Below the pieces are notes generated by a model, which was not told the DNA's origin, did not search any database, and saw nothing but the letters and a program-made list of their open reading frames with translations. From IMG/VR virus record IMGVR_UViG_2890725172_000001, positions 32,001 through 96,000 of that record: a stretch of 64,000 nucleotides of DNA; one strand, given 5' to 3'. Of this stretch, positions 26,373-35,612 are shown piece by piece (position 1 is the stretch's first letter; every line of letters starts with the position of its first letter). A program made the translations under genes and the position numbers. This DNA comes from a virus. Its lineage: Duplodnaviria; Caudoviricetes.

Positions 26373-27303
26373 CAGGTTCGGGCCAGCAGGTGGAGAGGAA
26401 ATGGCATGAGGTACATGCCTTGGAGGTGAAGACGTGGGCGCGGTCCGGTGGCGGGGCGTCGTGGTGGATCGCGTTGAAGATCTGGGTGGCCTTGTTCAGC
26501 AGATCGTCGAGAATTAACCGGGTCGCTTTATCGAGGCGAAGGCTGAATTCCTTTGTTTGCTGATTGGCCTTGAACTCGTACAGGAAGACGATCCTGCTGA
26601 CCTCGTAGCCGAGCTGCTGTGCCATCCACAGGTAGATGGCCCCCTGCTTTACGTGTGAGGGAAGTGGCGCCTCTAGCTGCCGCCAAATCTCGTCGAGGTC
26701 TGGGATCTTCTTACCGTCCGGCCTTTCGGCCGTGTATTTCCGCACCAACGATGGTGCGTCGATCCGGATGGTCCCAAGCCCGATGCTCTTGATCTCGATC
26801 AGACAGTGTTTGCTGGGGACGAATCCGTCTGTGTGGCCTGCGATCAAATGTGAGTCTTCGGCCGATAGCGGAAGCTCCGCATACTCAAAGGTGCGGGTTT
26901 CACAGAACGGGCACCAATGGGGTTCGGGGCCGACTTCTGTGGTGACGATGCACTTACATACCAAGCAGCGCCAATGGCCGGACAATAGACCAAGCTCGGC
27001 GAGCCAACCCTGCCACTTGCTGTGGATCGAATGACCTTCGGCGAAGATGTTCTCCGTGACCCACGAGTGGACCTCCGGCGGGATTGTTTCGCCGCGTCGA
27101 ACTGCGTCGATGCGGTAGTAGGTCTGCCGGGGGCACCAGTCGTCGTGGGCCATTTCGGAGGGGTGAATGATGTCCTGGCGCCGGTCGTCGGGGAGGCTGG
27201 CCTTGTGCTGAACGTGACCGACGATCGTGCCCAGGAGAACCGTGGGCTGCTTGGTCGCGGCGGCGATCTCCGCGAGTGAGCCGGTCAGTTTAACGTTGGC
27301 CAT
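26257..27303 (-). CDS. Cas4/PD-(D/E)xK exonuclease with Fe-S/Zn cysteines
   Basis: HPSE...WCPR, G..IH, GHTDG, IEIKS, Q..IY, C..C....C. Confidence 0.8.
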   Translation of the reverse strand: MANVKLTGSLAEIAAATKQPTVLLGTIVGHVQHKASLPDDRRQDIIHPSEMAHDDWCPRQTYYRIDAVRRGETIPPEVHSWVTENIFAEGHSIHSKWQGWLAELGLLSGHWRCLVCKCIVTTEVGPEPHWCPFCETRTFEYAELPLSAEDSHLIAGHTDGFVPSKHCLIEIKSIGLGTIRIDAPSLVRKYTAERPDGKKIPDLDEIWRQLEAPLPSHVKQGAIYLWMAQQLGYEVSRIVFLYEFKANQQTKEFSLRLDKATRLILDDLLNKATQIFNAIHHDAPPPDRAHVFTSKACTSCHFLSTCWPEPDANPAPQVTDLQAHPQDGTRRLRRRDRQPAAPERDRPT

Positions 27304-27617
27304 TGCCATTCCGATCGGGGCGCCAGGTCCGGCCGGAGCCGGTATCGGTGTTTGACTTCCTGGCGCATTGCGTGTCGTTCTTCGGGGGTCTTTCCACCCC
27401 ATACGCCGTCGCTTTCGTTGTTGACGGCGGCGTATTCGAGGCATTTATCGCGGGTCGGGCAGACCACGCCGTCCCAAGTGCCGTTGCAGATGTCAACGCA
27501 GTCCTGCTCGTCGGCTGGCGTGAACCAGGGGTCACAGTCGCGTCGAGGTTCGAACTTGATGCACTTGGCTCCCCGGGCTATCCAATCGGGGGCGTGCAGG
27601 CGTAGGTGCATGACCAT
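27285..27617 (-). CDS. whiB: WhiB family transcription factor
   Basis: Conserved Cys pattern, CLEYA and GVWGG.T.EER. Confidence 0.9.
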   Translation of the reverse strand: MVMHLRLHAPDWIARGAKCIKFEPRRDCDPWFTPADEQDCVDICNGTWDGVVCPTRDKCLEYAAVNNESDGVWGGKTPEERHAMRQEVKHRYRLRPDLAPRSEWQWPTLN

Positions 27618-27931
27618 TACTGAGGGTCTTCCTCCAAATCGAGTTCGGCGATGAAATCCTCTTCGGCGAGGAGGATCCAGTTGCGTCCGCCGATTTCGAT
27701 TCCGAAGAGCATCGTCCGTCCGTCGAGGAGTGCGTGCTTTTCGGCTTGGAGTAGTTCGTCTTTGGTGATGCGGTAGCTCTTGGCGCCGGTGGTTTTGTAT
27801 TCGATGCTGAACTTTTTGCTGCGGACGTCATTTTTTCTCCGCCACTGGTTCCCGCTTCCGGCGTTCACGGTGCCGCCGAAGAGCTTGGCACCGCGTTTCT
27901 CCTGTCGGCGGGAATCCTTGTAGCCACTCAT
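27617..27931 (-). CDS. PD-(D/E)xK nuclease, Holliday junction resolvase-like
   Basis: QE...AK..GG....GSG....K.DV.....IEYK.T. Confidence 0.7.
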   Translation of the reverse strand: MSGYKDSRRQEKRGAKLFGGTVNAGSGNQWRRKNDVRSKKFSIEYKTTGAKSYRITKDELLQAEKHALLDGRTMLFGIEIGGRNWILLAEEDFIAELDLEEDPQ

Positions 27932-28107
27932 TAAGGGACGAGTGCCATGGTGTACTTCGCGGAGTGCCAGCGGCCGGAGGTGAAGACGCCGAGGAGCTCG
28001 TCCTTCTCGCCAAGAATGTGCAGGGTGCCTATGTTGACCACCTCGAACCTTTCTCCGATGAAGAGATCGTGGCTGCCACCGGGCAGGTCAACCTTGATTA
28101 CGCGCAT
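27931..28107 (-). CDS. small hypothetical protein
   Basis: ATG 28107; TAATG coupling to next gene. Confidence 0.5.
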   Translation of the reverse strand: MRVIKVDLPGGSHDLFIGERFEVVNIGTLHILGEKDELLGVFTSGRWHSAKYTMALVP

Positions 28108-28108
28108 T

Positions 28109-28693
28109 TCATGCCGCCAATGCTGTGGTGTCGTCGATGACGTGGGCGTCGGGGGTTTTGTCGAGGATGACTTTGTAGATGCGTCGGTCTGCTCGTCCGA
28201 AGATGCAGATGCCTTCCGGCTTGTCGAAACCCGGTGCCGCAACTGATCCATCACGACGCAGATTTTCAAGTGCAGAAGCCACAGCACGGTCGCTCCAGAT
28301 GCCGTCGTAGAGTTTGGGGACGACGCCCAGCTCCGGGAGAGGGCTGTCGAACTCCAGAAAGCCGAATCTATCGACATTGAAAAGCGAGAAGCGCTTGTCG
28401 CCGTTCTTGAGACCGTAGCCTCGCTGGATTCCGTTTCCCCACCATTCTCCGAAATGGTGGCCGGGGCCGAGGACTTCGATCAGGGTTTCGTAGTTCTGTT
28501 CGACCCAGCGGGCGAAGCCGTGGTTGTCGGCGTCGGGGGTGATGAGCCTCTTACGGGACTGTGCGCCTACCTGCCCGTCGTCGGTGATAATGACGGCGGC
28601 ATTTGTTCCGTCGAGCTTCTCGGTGATGCAATAGCCCTTGGGGTCGTACAGCCGGGGGGTTTTCGGCCAGGGCAAGAAGGTGATGTTGTCCAT
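28109..28693 (-). CDS. Rnl2-like RNA ligase (adenylation domain only)
   Basis: ITEKLDGTN, SR, GEWWG.GIQ, F.LF, PEG. Confidence 0.85.
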   Translation of the reverse strand: MDNITFLPWPKTPRLYDPKGYCITEKLDGTNAAVIITDDGQVGAQSRKRLITPDADNHGFARWVEQNYETLIEVLGPGHHFGEWWGNGIQRGYGLKNGDKRFSLFNVDRFGFLEFDSPLPELGVVPKLYDGIWSDRAVASALENLRRDGSVAAPGFDKPEGICIFGRADRRIYKVILDKTPDAHVIDDTTALAA

Positions 28694-29598
28694 TAGAAGT
28701 TTCCTTCGGCGACCTGGAAGCAGGTCAATCCGAGCGTGCGCCACATCTGAACAACTTGATCGCGGTCGTCGAATACGCCGAGGATGTTGTAGTGGTTGCG
28801 GATTTCGTTGTCGAAGATTTCGGACTTGACGATCCAATCGGTCCGGAAATCTCCGTGCTTTCGCATGTGAAGGGCGATGGGTTCGAAGTCGAGGTGCTCG
28901 ACGAGCCAGGTCCAGGTTTCGCGCTGGCAGGAGTCGTCTCGGCCGGAGACGAAGATCAGGTCGTTGCCGGTGCGGTAGAGGTCGTTGAGGACCCTGATCA
29001 CCGGCCAGTTGGGGCGGTCCTCGACGACGCGGGTCATGTCGAAGGGGCTCCGGTCGCCGCGTAGGGCCACGGTGCCGTCGATGTCGACGATGTAGGCCTG
29101 CGGCTTGGACTCGTCGGCGAGGTAGTAGTGGAGTAGGTCAGGGGCCGGTTCCCACGGCAGCTCCGGCACGGGGAGCGGGGAGCCCTTACCGCGCACGTAG
29201 CGGTCGTGGTAGTCGCGGATGGTGGGTCCGCCGACCGGATTCGGCCGGGCGGCGTCACGGGCGATGCAGACCTCAAGGGGGATGTGAGTGAGGTCGACGA
29301 TCCTGACTTCGGCCTTGTGCCGCTTGGCCAGGGCCTTGAGCTCGCGGACGGTGCGGGAGGGGAGGTTGGTGTCGTCGACGACGACGCTGACGCCGCGTCC
29401 AAGCAGGTCGGAGATGATGGCGTCGCGGAGGAAGATGACGCGGCGCTCCACGTCGCCGTGGTAGCCGGAGTGGGCCATGGCGCGGATGTCGTCGCGATTG
29501 ACGCGGGCTCGGTGCTGAACGTCTTCCGAGACCCAGCCGTGGGCCCAGGTGGACTTGCCGGAGCCTTGGATGCCTCGGAGGATAACGAGAGTGATCAT
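28693..29598 (-). CDS. pseT: polynucleotide kinase/3'-phosphatase (T4 PseT-like)
   Basis: GIQGSGKST, NRDDIR, DDTN; DIDGT, SGR, D.IVK, DDR.QV..MW. Confidence 0.9.
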   Translation of the reverse strand: MITLVILRGIQGSGKSTWAHGWVSEDVQHRARVNRDDIRAMAHSGYHGDVERRVIFLRDAIISDLLGRGVSVVVDDTNLPSRTVRELKALAKRHKAEVRIVDLTHIPLEVCIARDAARPNPVGGPTIRDYHDRYVRGKGSPLPVPELPWEPAPDLLHYYLADESKPQAYIVDIDGTVALRGDRSPFDMTRVVEDRPNWPVIRVLNDLYRTGNDLIFVSGRDDSCQRETWTWLVEHLDFEPIALHMRKHGDFRTDWIVKSEIFDNEIRNHYNILGVFDDRDQVVQMWRTLGLTCFQVAEGNF

Positions 29599-30278
29599 TC
29601 GGGCTTGAGCATTCTGGTTCGGGTGCGGATTAGCCATTGCTCTACGAGCGCGGCGTCCGGCTGTTGTGGAATGGCCGGGGTTGCGGTGTCGAAAATGTCG
29701 CGAGCGCGGGCGATGAGGTATTCCGCCTTGACGATCTGCCCACTGGCGATGTCTTCGCCGAATTGCAGGTAGTTCTCCGGGTTCTTCAGCCGGACGGGAA
29801 GAAAACCGGTGGTGTAGAGCGTGGTTCCTTGATGGACCAGGCGCATGAGGTGCCTGGCGTGTTTGGCGGTTCTCTTGCGGGTATCGGCGCTGAATGAGCC
29901 GTCACCGCGACGCTTCAGCTTGTTGAACTGCTGGACGGCGTAGCCGAGATAGGCGTCACGGACGCGTTCCGCAGAGAGGAATGCTGTGCGAATGTCAATC
30001 AGCTCTTGGCCGAGTTCGGTCTTCTCGGTGTAGAGGTCATCGGGCAGCCACATGAGTTCTTGGAGTGTGGGGTTGCCGTTGAGGGCCAGGCCGACGTATT
30101 TACGGACCTCATGGATGGTGCAGTCGAGATCTGTGGCGTTGATCGTCGCCGGAGGCGAGCTGAGGCCGAAAAACGTGCTGGGGTGTGCGGCGTAGACGCC
30201 GAGGTAGTCCAGATCGCTGTCCGGCCCTGCCAGGCCGTAGGCCGTGGAGCCGACGACACCCTTAAGCAGAATGTTCAT
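29595..30278 (-). CDS. RlaP-like RNA-repair nucleotidyltransferase
   Basis: GSTAYGL..PDSDLD, HE..K...L...GNP...E, Y.GYA..Q, H..RL. Confidence 0.8.
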   Translation of the reverse strand: MNILLKGVVGSTAYGLAGPDSDLDYLGVYAAHPSTFFGLSSPPATINATDLDCTIHEVRKYVGLALNGNPTLQELMWLPDDLYTEKTELGQELIDIRTAFLSAERVRDAYLGYAVQQFNKLKRRGDGSFSADTRKRTAKHARHLMRLVHQGTTLYTTGFLPVRLKNPENYLQFGEDIASGQIVKAEYLIARARDIFDTATPAIPQQPDAALVEQWLIRTRTRMLKPE

Positions 30279-31468
30279 TCGGTGCTAGCCCACGCGCGGC
30301 TGGCAGGCGGGTAAACGGCCTTCCAGCAGTACGGGAGGAGGTTCTTGTCGTCGAGGGAGGCGAAAATCCCGGCCTTGTGCGGGTGGTCCTTGATCTCCTC
30401 GGCGATCTCGGCTCGGGTCTTTCCGGAGCCGAAGTATCCGGCCTCGACATCGTCGATTTCGTCCCAGACGGCGAACATCTGCGCTTGCAGGCTCCTGGCG
30501 GTGTCGCACAGCCAGTCGGAGAAGTCCTTCGGCATACTCTGCACGAAGATCTCCAGCCAGTTGGGGCCGGTCGCGAGAATCCCTGCTGCGCGCTTGGGGT
30601 CGATTCCGAGTTTCGATCCCCAGTGCTTGGGGTCGTGGATGATGTGCTGGCAGGAATTGACGGCCAGATACTCCCAGATGACTCGCGGATTGGTCCGGGT
30701 GACAATCCGATGTTTTGCGACGTAGTCCTGCTGCTTGATCTTCACCTGCTGATTGGAGAAGAGGTCGAGCACGACCACTCCTTCAGCGTTTTGCCGGTCG
30801 ACGAGCGCGAGGGCGTCAGCGAAGGTGTCGGCCGGAAGTGTGGCGGCTACAGGTCCGGTCCACTCGGGGATGGCTTCTTGGCTGAAGATCAGGCCGCTGA
30901 AGTTGGCGACCGCGCCGAGAAGGATCAGGTCGTCCAGCGCCCCGTAGTCGACGACGATGCGGTTCTGCGGGTAAACGATTTCCACCAGGACGGTAACCCC
31001 GTCCGGAGGCCGGAAAGTCGGGTACTTCTCCCGCAGAACCTTCGTCGCGTGGATAGCCTGGGCGGAGACGAAGCTGCCTCGGGTGGCGATGTATGTTTCG
31101 CCTTCCCAGACATAGATAACGCCTAACGAGCCGTCGAGCTTATCCGTGACACGCACAGTGTTCGCAGGATGAATGCTCGGGGCGTGCGCCTCGTTGTGGT
31201 TGAAGAACTTGGGGAAGGGCCGGGCGATAACTCGACCGGTGTTGTCGATGATGAGTCCCCTAGACGCGCGAACCGCCGGGCTCCACGCAGCGTCCTGCAC
31301 CGCCTTCTCGGTGTAGTTGAAAATGGCCAGAGGAAATTCGGGGTGGTAGCTGACTCTCACATAGCCTTGGCTGATGGCCTCGACGAGCTCGTCGAGCTTG
31401 ACGACCTTGTTCTGGTAGGTCTCCAGCAGCTCAGTGACGTGTGCGAGCTCGGTAATCTGCATGGTCAT
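30275..31468 (-). CDS. T4 Rnl1-like RNA ligase
   Basis: FNY, RGLI, ARPFPKFFN, KLDGSL, TRGSF, EG.V, K.K...Y. Confidence 0.9.
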   Translation of the reverse strand: MTMQITELAHVTELLETYQNKVVKLDELVEAISQGYVRVSYHPEFPLAIFNYTEKAVQDAAWSPAVRASRGLIIDNTGRVIARPFPKFFNHNEAHAPSIHPANTVRVTDKLDGSLGVIYVWEGETYIATRGSFVSAQAIHATKVLREKYPTFRPPDGVTVLVEIVYPQNRIVVDYGALDDLILLGAVANFSGLIFSQEAIPEWTGPVAATLPADTFADALALVDRQNAEGVVVLDLFSNQQVKIKQQDYVAKHRIVTRTNPRVIWEYLAVNSCQHIIHDPKHWGSKLGIDPKRAAGILATGPNWLEIFVQSMPKDFSDWLCDTARSLQAQMFAVWDEIDDVEAGYFGSGKTRAEIAEEIKDHPHKAGIFASLDDKNLLPYCWKAVYPPASRAWASTE

Positions 31469-31704
31469 CGCTTGGTGCTCTTCGGGGGGCTGTAGGGGAT
31501 CGGCTTGGGGTTCGGGTAGGCGGTTCGGGGTCGAGGGGGGATGTATCGGGTGACGTTCTTACCGGGGTCCGGGATTTTGATCTCGATCTGCACCGGCCGG
31601 TTACGCCAGGTCCCCATGTTGTGTATGGCGTTGTAGGCGATCAGGCCGAAGACGATGAGAACCGCGATGACGATGGTGATTTCCATGAGCTTGATGCGGT
31701 TCAT
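31465..31704 (-). CDS. small membrane protein
   Basis: Single TM segment, Pro-rich tail. Confidence 0.55.
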   Translation of the reverse strand: MNRIKLMEITIVIAVLIVFGLIAYNAIHNMGTWRNRPVQIEIKIPDPGKNVTRYIPPRPRTAYPNPKPIPYSPPKSTKR

Positions 31705-31835
31705 CAGAAGCCCAGGAACAAGCCGATGGTCTGCCCGAGAGCGAAGGCGAAGAGCCAGAGGCCTATGACGATGAAGACCGCGCCGAGCAGTTTCGGCCAG
31801 GAGATGTTGTAAAAGTCGTTGTTGTTCTTACTCAT
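31704..31835 (-). CDS. small membrane protein
   Basis: ATGA overlap with recA; hydrophobic. Confidence 0.5.
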   Translation of the reverse strand: MSKNNNDFYNISWPKLLGAVFIVIGLWLFAFALGQTIGLFLGF

Positions 31836-32893
31836 GCGGCGTCTCGCAGTCGTTCGCTGTCCGGGCGGCTCGCCTCGGCGAGGATCCTTTCCCGGAGTTC
31901 TTCTTGGAGGTCGACTTCTTCGCGAAGGCTGGCCAGGAGTTCTTCCTTGCCCTTCCACTTGCGGTCGCCGTAGCTGTAGATGGAGCCGCCACGGCGGATG
32001 ATGTCGAAGTGGATCGCGTAAATCATGTACTCCTTCGCCAGGTCGTAGTCGCCCTGCTGGAAACCCAGGTACGGGGCGTCGGCGAAGTAATAGTCGGTGG
32101 TAGCCACCCGCTGCGGCGGAGCGGATTTGTTCTTAACGGTTTTCACCTTGATGACTTGCCCGACGCGGGTTTTTCCCTTTCCCGGACGCGGTTCGTCGAT
32201 AAATTCATCGCGGGTGACTTCCACACGGACGTAAAAAGCGTAATTCTTGGCCTTTCCCCCCGGGGTGATCTGTGGGATCCCTCGGGGGGAGAAGCCGCCG
32301 ATCTGGTCGCGCCACTGGTTGATAAAGAAGCAGGTAACGGGTCGTTCGGACCCATCCATGGCGCGCGTCATGTGCGCGCCGACCTTTCTGAAAAACTTTC
32401 CTGTGAGCCGGGCCCCGATCGCGACGACGCTTTCCCCGATGCTCTTATCGGCCTCTTCGCTTGGTGTGAGCGCCGGATAGGAATCGAGGACGATGCAGTC
32501 GACGGACCGGGACCCGGCAAACTCCAGGATGGTGTCGTACGCCATCTCCATTTCCTGGGTGTTCAACACGATGACGCGTGTGTTGTCGACTCCCAGGGCG
32601 GTGGCGTACTCCCAGTCGTAATGCTCGGCGGCGACCCACAGAGTGGTGAATTCAGGATCGCGCTGTTGATTGGCCGCTACAGTCTTGTAGACAACGGTGG
32701 TCTTTCCGTTCGATTCGCGGCCGATAATTTCGATCCACTGGTTGACCGGCCAGCCGCCGCCGAGCGCTACATCAATGGCGAGGCTTCCACTGGTGATGCG
32801 GTCACTGTTGGAGAGGGCTGACGCCGTGATAAGCGCGTCGCGCCCGAGCCCCTTGTTGACTTTCGCGACTAGCGCGAGTGCATCGGTGTTCAC
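31832..32893 (-). CDS. recA: RecA recombinase
   Basis: SGSLAID.ALGGG.P, GRESNGKTT, AEH, FINQ.R, TPGG.A..Y. Confidence 0.95.
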   Translation of the reverse strand: MNTDALALVAKVNKGLGRDALITASALSNSDRITSGSLAIDVALGGGWPVNQWIEIIGRESNGKTTVVYKTVAANQQRDPEFTTLWVAAEHYDWEYATALGVDNTRVIVLNTQEMEMAYDTILEFAGSRSVDCIVLDSYPALTPSEEADKSIGESVVAIGARLTGKFFRKVGAHMTRAMDGSERPVTCFFINQWRDQIGGFSPRGIPQITPGGKAKNYAFYVRVEVTRDEFIDEPRPGKGKTRVGQVIKVKTVKNKSAPPQRVATTDYYFADAPYLGFQQGDYDLAKEYMIYAIHFDIIRRGGSIYSYGDRKWKGKEELLASLREEVDLQEELRERILAEASRPDSERLRDAA

Positions 32894-33010
32894 TTACTTC
32901 CTCGCCGGTGTTGTTGTCCTTGTGGTGACAACGCTAGGCGGTGCGCAAGGGGTACTTCCACTGTCGTATCAAATACCTGTTGGGACAAATTTCTGGGCAG
33001 GCTTCCGGGG

Positions 33011-33040
33011 TTGTGAATTGTGGGGGTGATGCTGTAATGT
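33011..33040 (+). promoter_or_regulatory. putative sigma70-type promoter for sRNA/tRNA-Pro
   Basis: TTGTGA-18 nt-TAATGT. Confidence 0.45.
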
Positions 33041-33046
33041 CGAACA

Positions 33047-33115
33047 CAGCATCACCTCCTCTCGTTCTACGGTGCTAAACCTCCCGAGCTGAGACTAGGC
33101 GGCTCGGGAGGACCA
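33047..33115 (+). ncRNA. candidate sRNA: anti-SD loop plus 12-bp hairpin ending ACCA
   Basis: AGCATC/GGTGCT stem enclosing ACCTCCTCTC; CCTCCCGAGCTG/CGGCTCGGGAGG followed by ACCA. Confidence 0.4.
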
Positions 33116-33116
33116 T

Positions 33117-33193
33117 CCGGGTGTAGCGTAATTTGGTTGAGCGCGCCTGCTTTGGGAGCAGGAGATTTGCAGGTTCAAATCCTGCCGTCCGGA
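33117..33193 (+). tRNA. tRNA-Pro(TGG)
   Basis: C1:G72, A73, loop TT TGG GA, T-loop TTCAAAT. Confidence 0.9.
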
Positions 33194-33196
33194 CGG

Positions 33197-33226
33197 GAAG
33201 CCCCCGTGCAATTGCACGGGGGCTTC
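33197..33226. terminator. perfect 30-bp palindrome, convergent terminator
   Basis: GAAGCCCCCGTGCAATTGCACGGGGGCTTC between tRNA-Pro and RNR stop. Confidence 0.8.
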
Positions 33227-33238
33227 ATCTATTTCCGG

Positions 33239-35173
33239 TCAGATTTCGCATCCGGCGGCGGTGCACGCCAATGTCTGCGCTCCCTCTGTCTGGTCGGTGA
33301 GCTCGTAGAAGGTCAGGTCCTCCCAGCGCACCTCTGGCATGGCGGCTAGCGCCTCTTCGTACATGTCCTGTGTGCACTCGGTGTACGGGGCCTGCTTATA
33401 GACGTGGTCGCTGTAGGGCAGGAAGGCCACGCCGCTCAGCGAGTCGAGGTGCTCCCAGACCCATTCCTTGACGTCGTCCCACTCCTTGTCGCGGATGCTG
33501 ACGGTCACGGACGGCTTGTGCTCGCACCAGTGGTTCTGAAGGTCGAGCCACAGGTCCAGGTGTTCGATCGCGGTCAGGTCCTCCCGGGTGATGGCGCCCT
33601 TGGGAGCGGCGATCGGGAAGTAGAAGACCTGGTTGGTGTCGCTGGTGACGTCCGGCTCGTTGGGGACGCCGGAGTCGATCATGAGGCGGGTCAGCGGGTC
33701 CTTGCTGTCCTGGCGGATCGCGCGGATGTAGTAGGGCGAGTGCCGGGGGTGCATGCCGGAGGCCGAGTCGACGAGCTGACTGGAAGTTCCCTCCGGCTTG
33801 ACCGTGGTCACGGCGGCGCTGGCGTTGATGCCGAGTTTCTCGGCCATGCGCTCGTTGGTGGCGACGGCGACCTCCCGCAACCACTCCTGAGCGTCCTCGC
33901 GGAGCATGCCCGCCGGGTCATGTCCCGTCAGGATGGCGTTGTCGTAGATTCCGTTGAGGCTGACGCCGAGGAGTCGTTCCTGTTCGCCGTTCTGGCGCCA
34001 GCGGTCCCGGAGCAGAGGGAAGTCAGTGAGTGTGCTCTGCCAGGTACCAAGAATGGTGGCGAGACGAACCTTCCGGCCGAGATCCAAAAGTGAATCTCCA
34101 GGTCGGGCGATAACCGATGTCAGGTTACAGAATTCGTATTTGCGCAGAATGATTTCGTTACATGGATTACTTCCGTATTCCATGTCCAATTCTCGCCTGC
34201 CGCTATTCATAGCCTGGCGCCGGGCGGCGTCGCGGTTGAAGATGCCGCGCTCACCGCTGCCTGACAGGTAAAGATTGCCCCACTCGACGTCGAACGCTTC
34301 GCGGGTGGTTCCGTCGTGGTAGACCGCGCTGATGTTGGCCAGGGCGCGGTGCGGGTGAGTCCGCCACCAGTCGCCTGACTTTGCGAGGGACATCTCATAG
34401 TCGTCGAGGTCGGACAGCGAAATCATCGCGCTGCGTCGGACACCACCGACGACGACGACCGAGGCGACCTTGCAGACGAGGTCATGCACCTCGACGGTCG
34501 TGAGCCTGCGGCCCTGGGCTGTCTTGGCGAGGTCGACGGTGTAGCTGAACAGCTCGTTGAGCGGGCCGGGGCCGGAGGCGCGTCCGCCGAAGGTCTTCAA
34601 CCGGCTCCCGGCCGGGCGGATGGCCGACAGATCCCAGTCGGGGATCACCCCGTGATCGAAGATGTCGTGCAGCAGCGTCTTGTAGGCCAGGGCCCAACCC
34701 TCCTTGGAGTCGACGACTCCAATCATCCGGGCGTGGGGCTGGATAAGCCGGGGAGGCACCATGGGGAGCTTTTCGACGTAGCGCTTTTCGACGCTGTAGC
34801 CGAATCCGGTCCCATTCATGAGGATGTAGAGCGCCTCCCACAACGTGTCTACATCCTCAATAGGTGCGTAGGCGCAATTGTAGGCCGCGATATTACTGCG
34901 TTCGAGGGCGGGTCCGGCGGTCATCAGAGCGCGCATGGAGGGGAGGACTTCGTGTTCACGGATCGCGTGTTCGATTTGAGCGCCGAGTTCGGGATCGATG
35001 TGGTAGTCGAAGTTCTCCAACAGGTGGTTGTACATGAAGTCCATGTACCGGCTGACGGTTTCCCCCCACGTCTCGCGCCGATTTTCCGCGTCCAACCAGC
35101 GGGCGTAGCGGGAGAGCGCGATGAAATTGCGATACGGATCCTTGATGGATCCTTCGGGGGTCAAGATCGACAC
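33239..35173 (-). CDS. nrdJ: class II (B12-dependent) ribonucleotide reductase
   Basis: PSMR, YNCA, GGRASGP, GGVRRSA, NPCNEI, VKPEGT.S, EHKPS, C-terminal CxxxxC. Confidence 0.9.
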   Translation of the reverse strand: MSILTPEGSIKDPYRNFIALSRYARWLDAENRRETWGETVSRYMDFMYNHLLENFDYHIDPELGAQIEHAIREHEVLPSMRALMTAGPALERSNIAAYNCAYAPIEDVDTLWEALYILMNGTGFGYSVEKRYVEKLPMVPPRLIQPHARMIGVVDSKEGWALAYKTLLHDIFDHGVIPDWDLSAIRPAGSRLKTFGGRASGPGPLNELFSYTVDLAKTAQGRRLTTVEVHDLVCKVASVVVVGGVRRSAMISLSDLDDYEMSLAKSGDWWRTHPHRALANISAVYHDGTTREAFDVEWGNLYLSGSGERGIFNRDAARRQAMNSGRRELDMEYGSNPCNEIILRKYEFCNLTSVIARPGDSLLDLGRKVRLATILGTWQSTLTDFPLLRDRWRQNGEQERLLGVSLNGIYDNAILTGHDPAGMLREDAQEWLREVAVATNERMAEKLGINASAAVTTVKPEGTSSQLVDSASGMHPRHSPYYIRAIRQDSKDPLTRLMIDSGVPNEPDVTSDTNQVFYFPIAAPKGAITREDLTAIEHLDLWLDLQNHWCEHKPSVTVSIRDKEWDDVKEWVWEHLDSLSGVAFLPYSDHVYKQAPYTECTQDMYEEALAAMPEVRWEDLTFYELTDQTEGAQTLACTAAGCEI

Positions 35174-35201
35174 AAGCTGGGGCTTTCTTTATATGGAGGT
35201 G

Positions 35202-35612
35202 CTAGAGCTTTTCTTGGATGGCCCAGGAGAATTCGCGCTGACCATGTGCCGTCTGGCGGGCGGCCAGGGGCTTTTCTGAGGTCACGACGGATCCCAGTGG
35301 CTGGAGAGTGGCGGCACGTGCCTCGGTGTATCCGCACTGGTAGCAGCGGGGGACGACGTCTTTCCTGGCCGAGAAATAGTCGGAGCCGCCGCAGGATGGG
35401 CAGTGACCTGTCGTCTGGCGCAGGCTCTCGGCCGACCGTGGCTGAGCGGTCGCCCCGTAGGGGGCTTGATGCTGCTGCGGGGGTTCTGGCTGCGCAGGTG
35501 GCGGGGGATCCTGCCACCACTGGTTTCCGTACTGCGGTGGTGGCTGGGGCGGTGCTACGAGGCCTGGACGAATGCCTTGGCGCTGTGCGAGCTGCCTTGC
35601 GTAAAAACTCAC
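35202..35612 (-). CDS. Zn-ribbon protein
   Basis: CPSCG..DY...RCYQCGY. Confidence 0.7.
   Translation of the reverse strand: MSFYARQLAQRQGIRPGLVAPPQPPPQYGNQWWQDPPPPAQPEPPQQHQAPYGATAQPRSAESLRQTTGHCPSCGGSDYFSARKDVVPRCYQCGYTEARAATLQPLGSVVTSEKPLAARQTAHGQREFSWAIQEKL

Noticed and set aside
26257-27303. Cas4-like gene as evidence for a CRISPR system
   Set aside because: No repeat-spacer array or other cas genes seen; stand-alone Cas4-like nucleases are common in phage recombination modules
33041-33116. HDV-like/theta ribozyme next to tRNA-Pro
   Set aside because: CCTCCTC resembles the L3 loop, but I could not build the P1/P2/P3 nested pseudoknot, and it lies 5' rather than 3' of the tRNA
33117-33193. 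tRNA-Pro as an attachment site for the tyrosine recombinase
   Set aside because: Over 21 kb from the recombinase, no duplicated tRNA 3' end noticed, and phage genes continue on both sides
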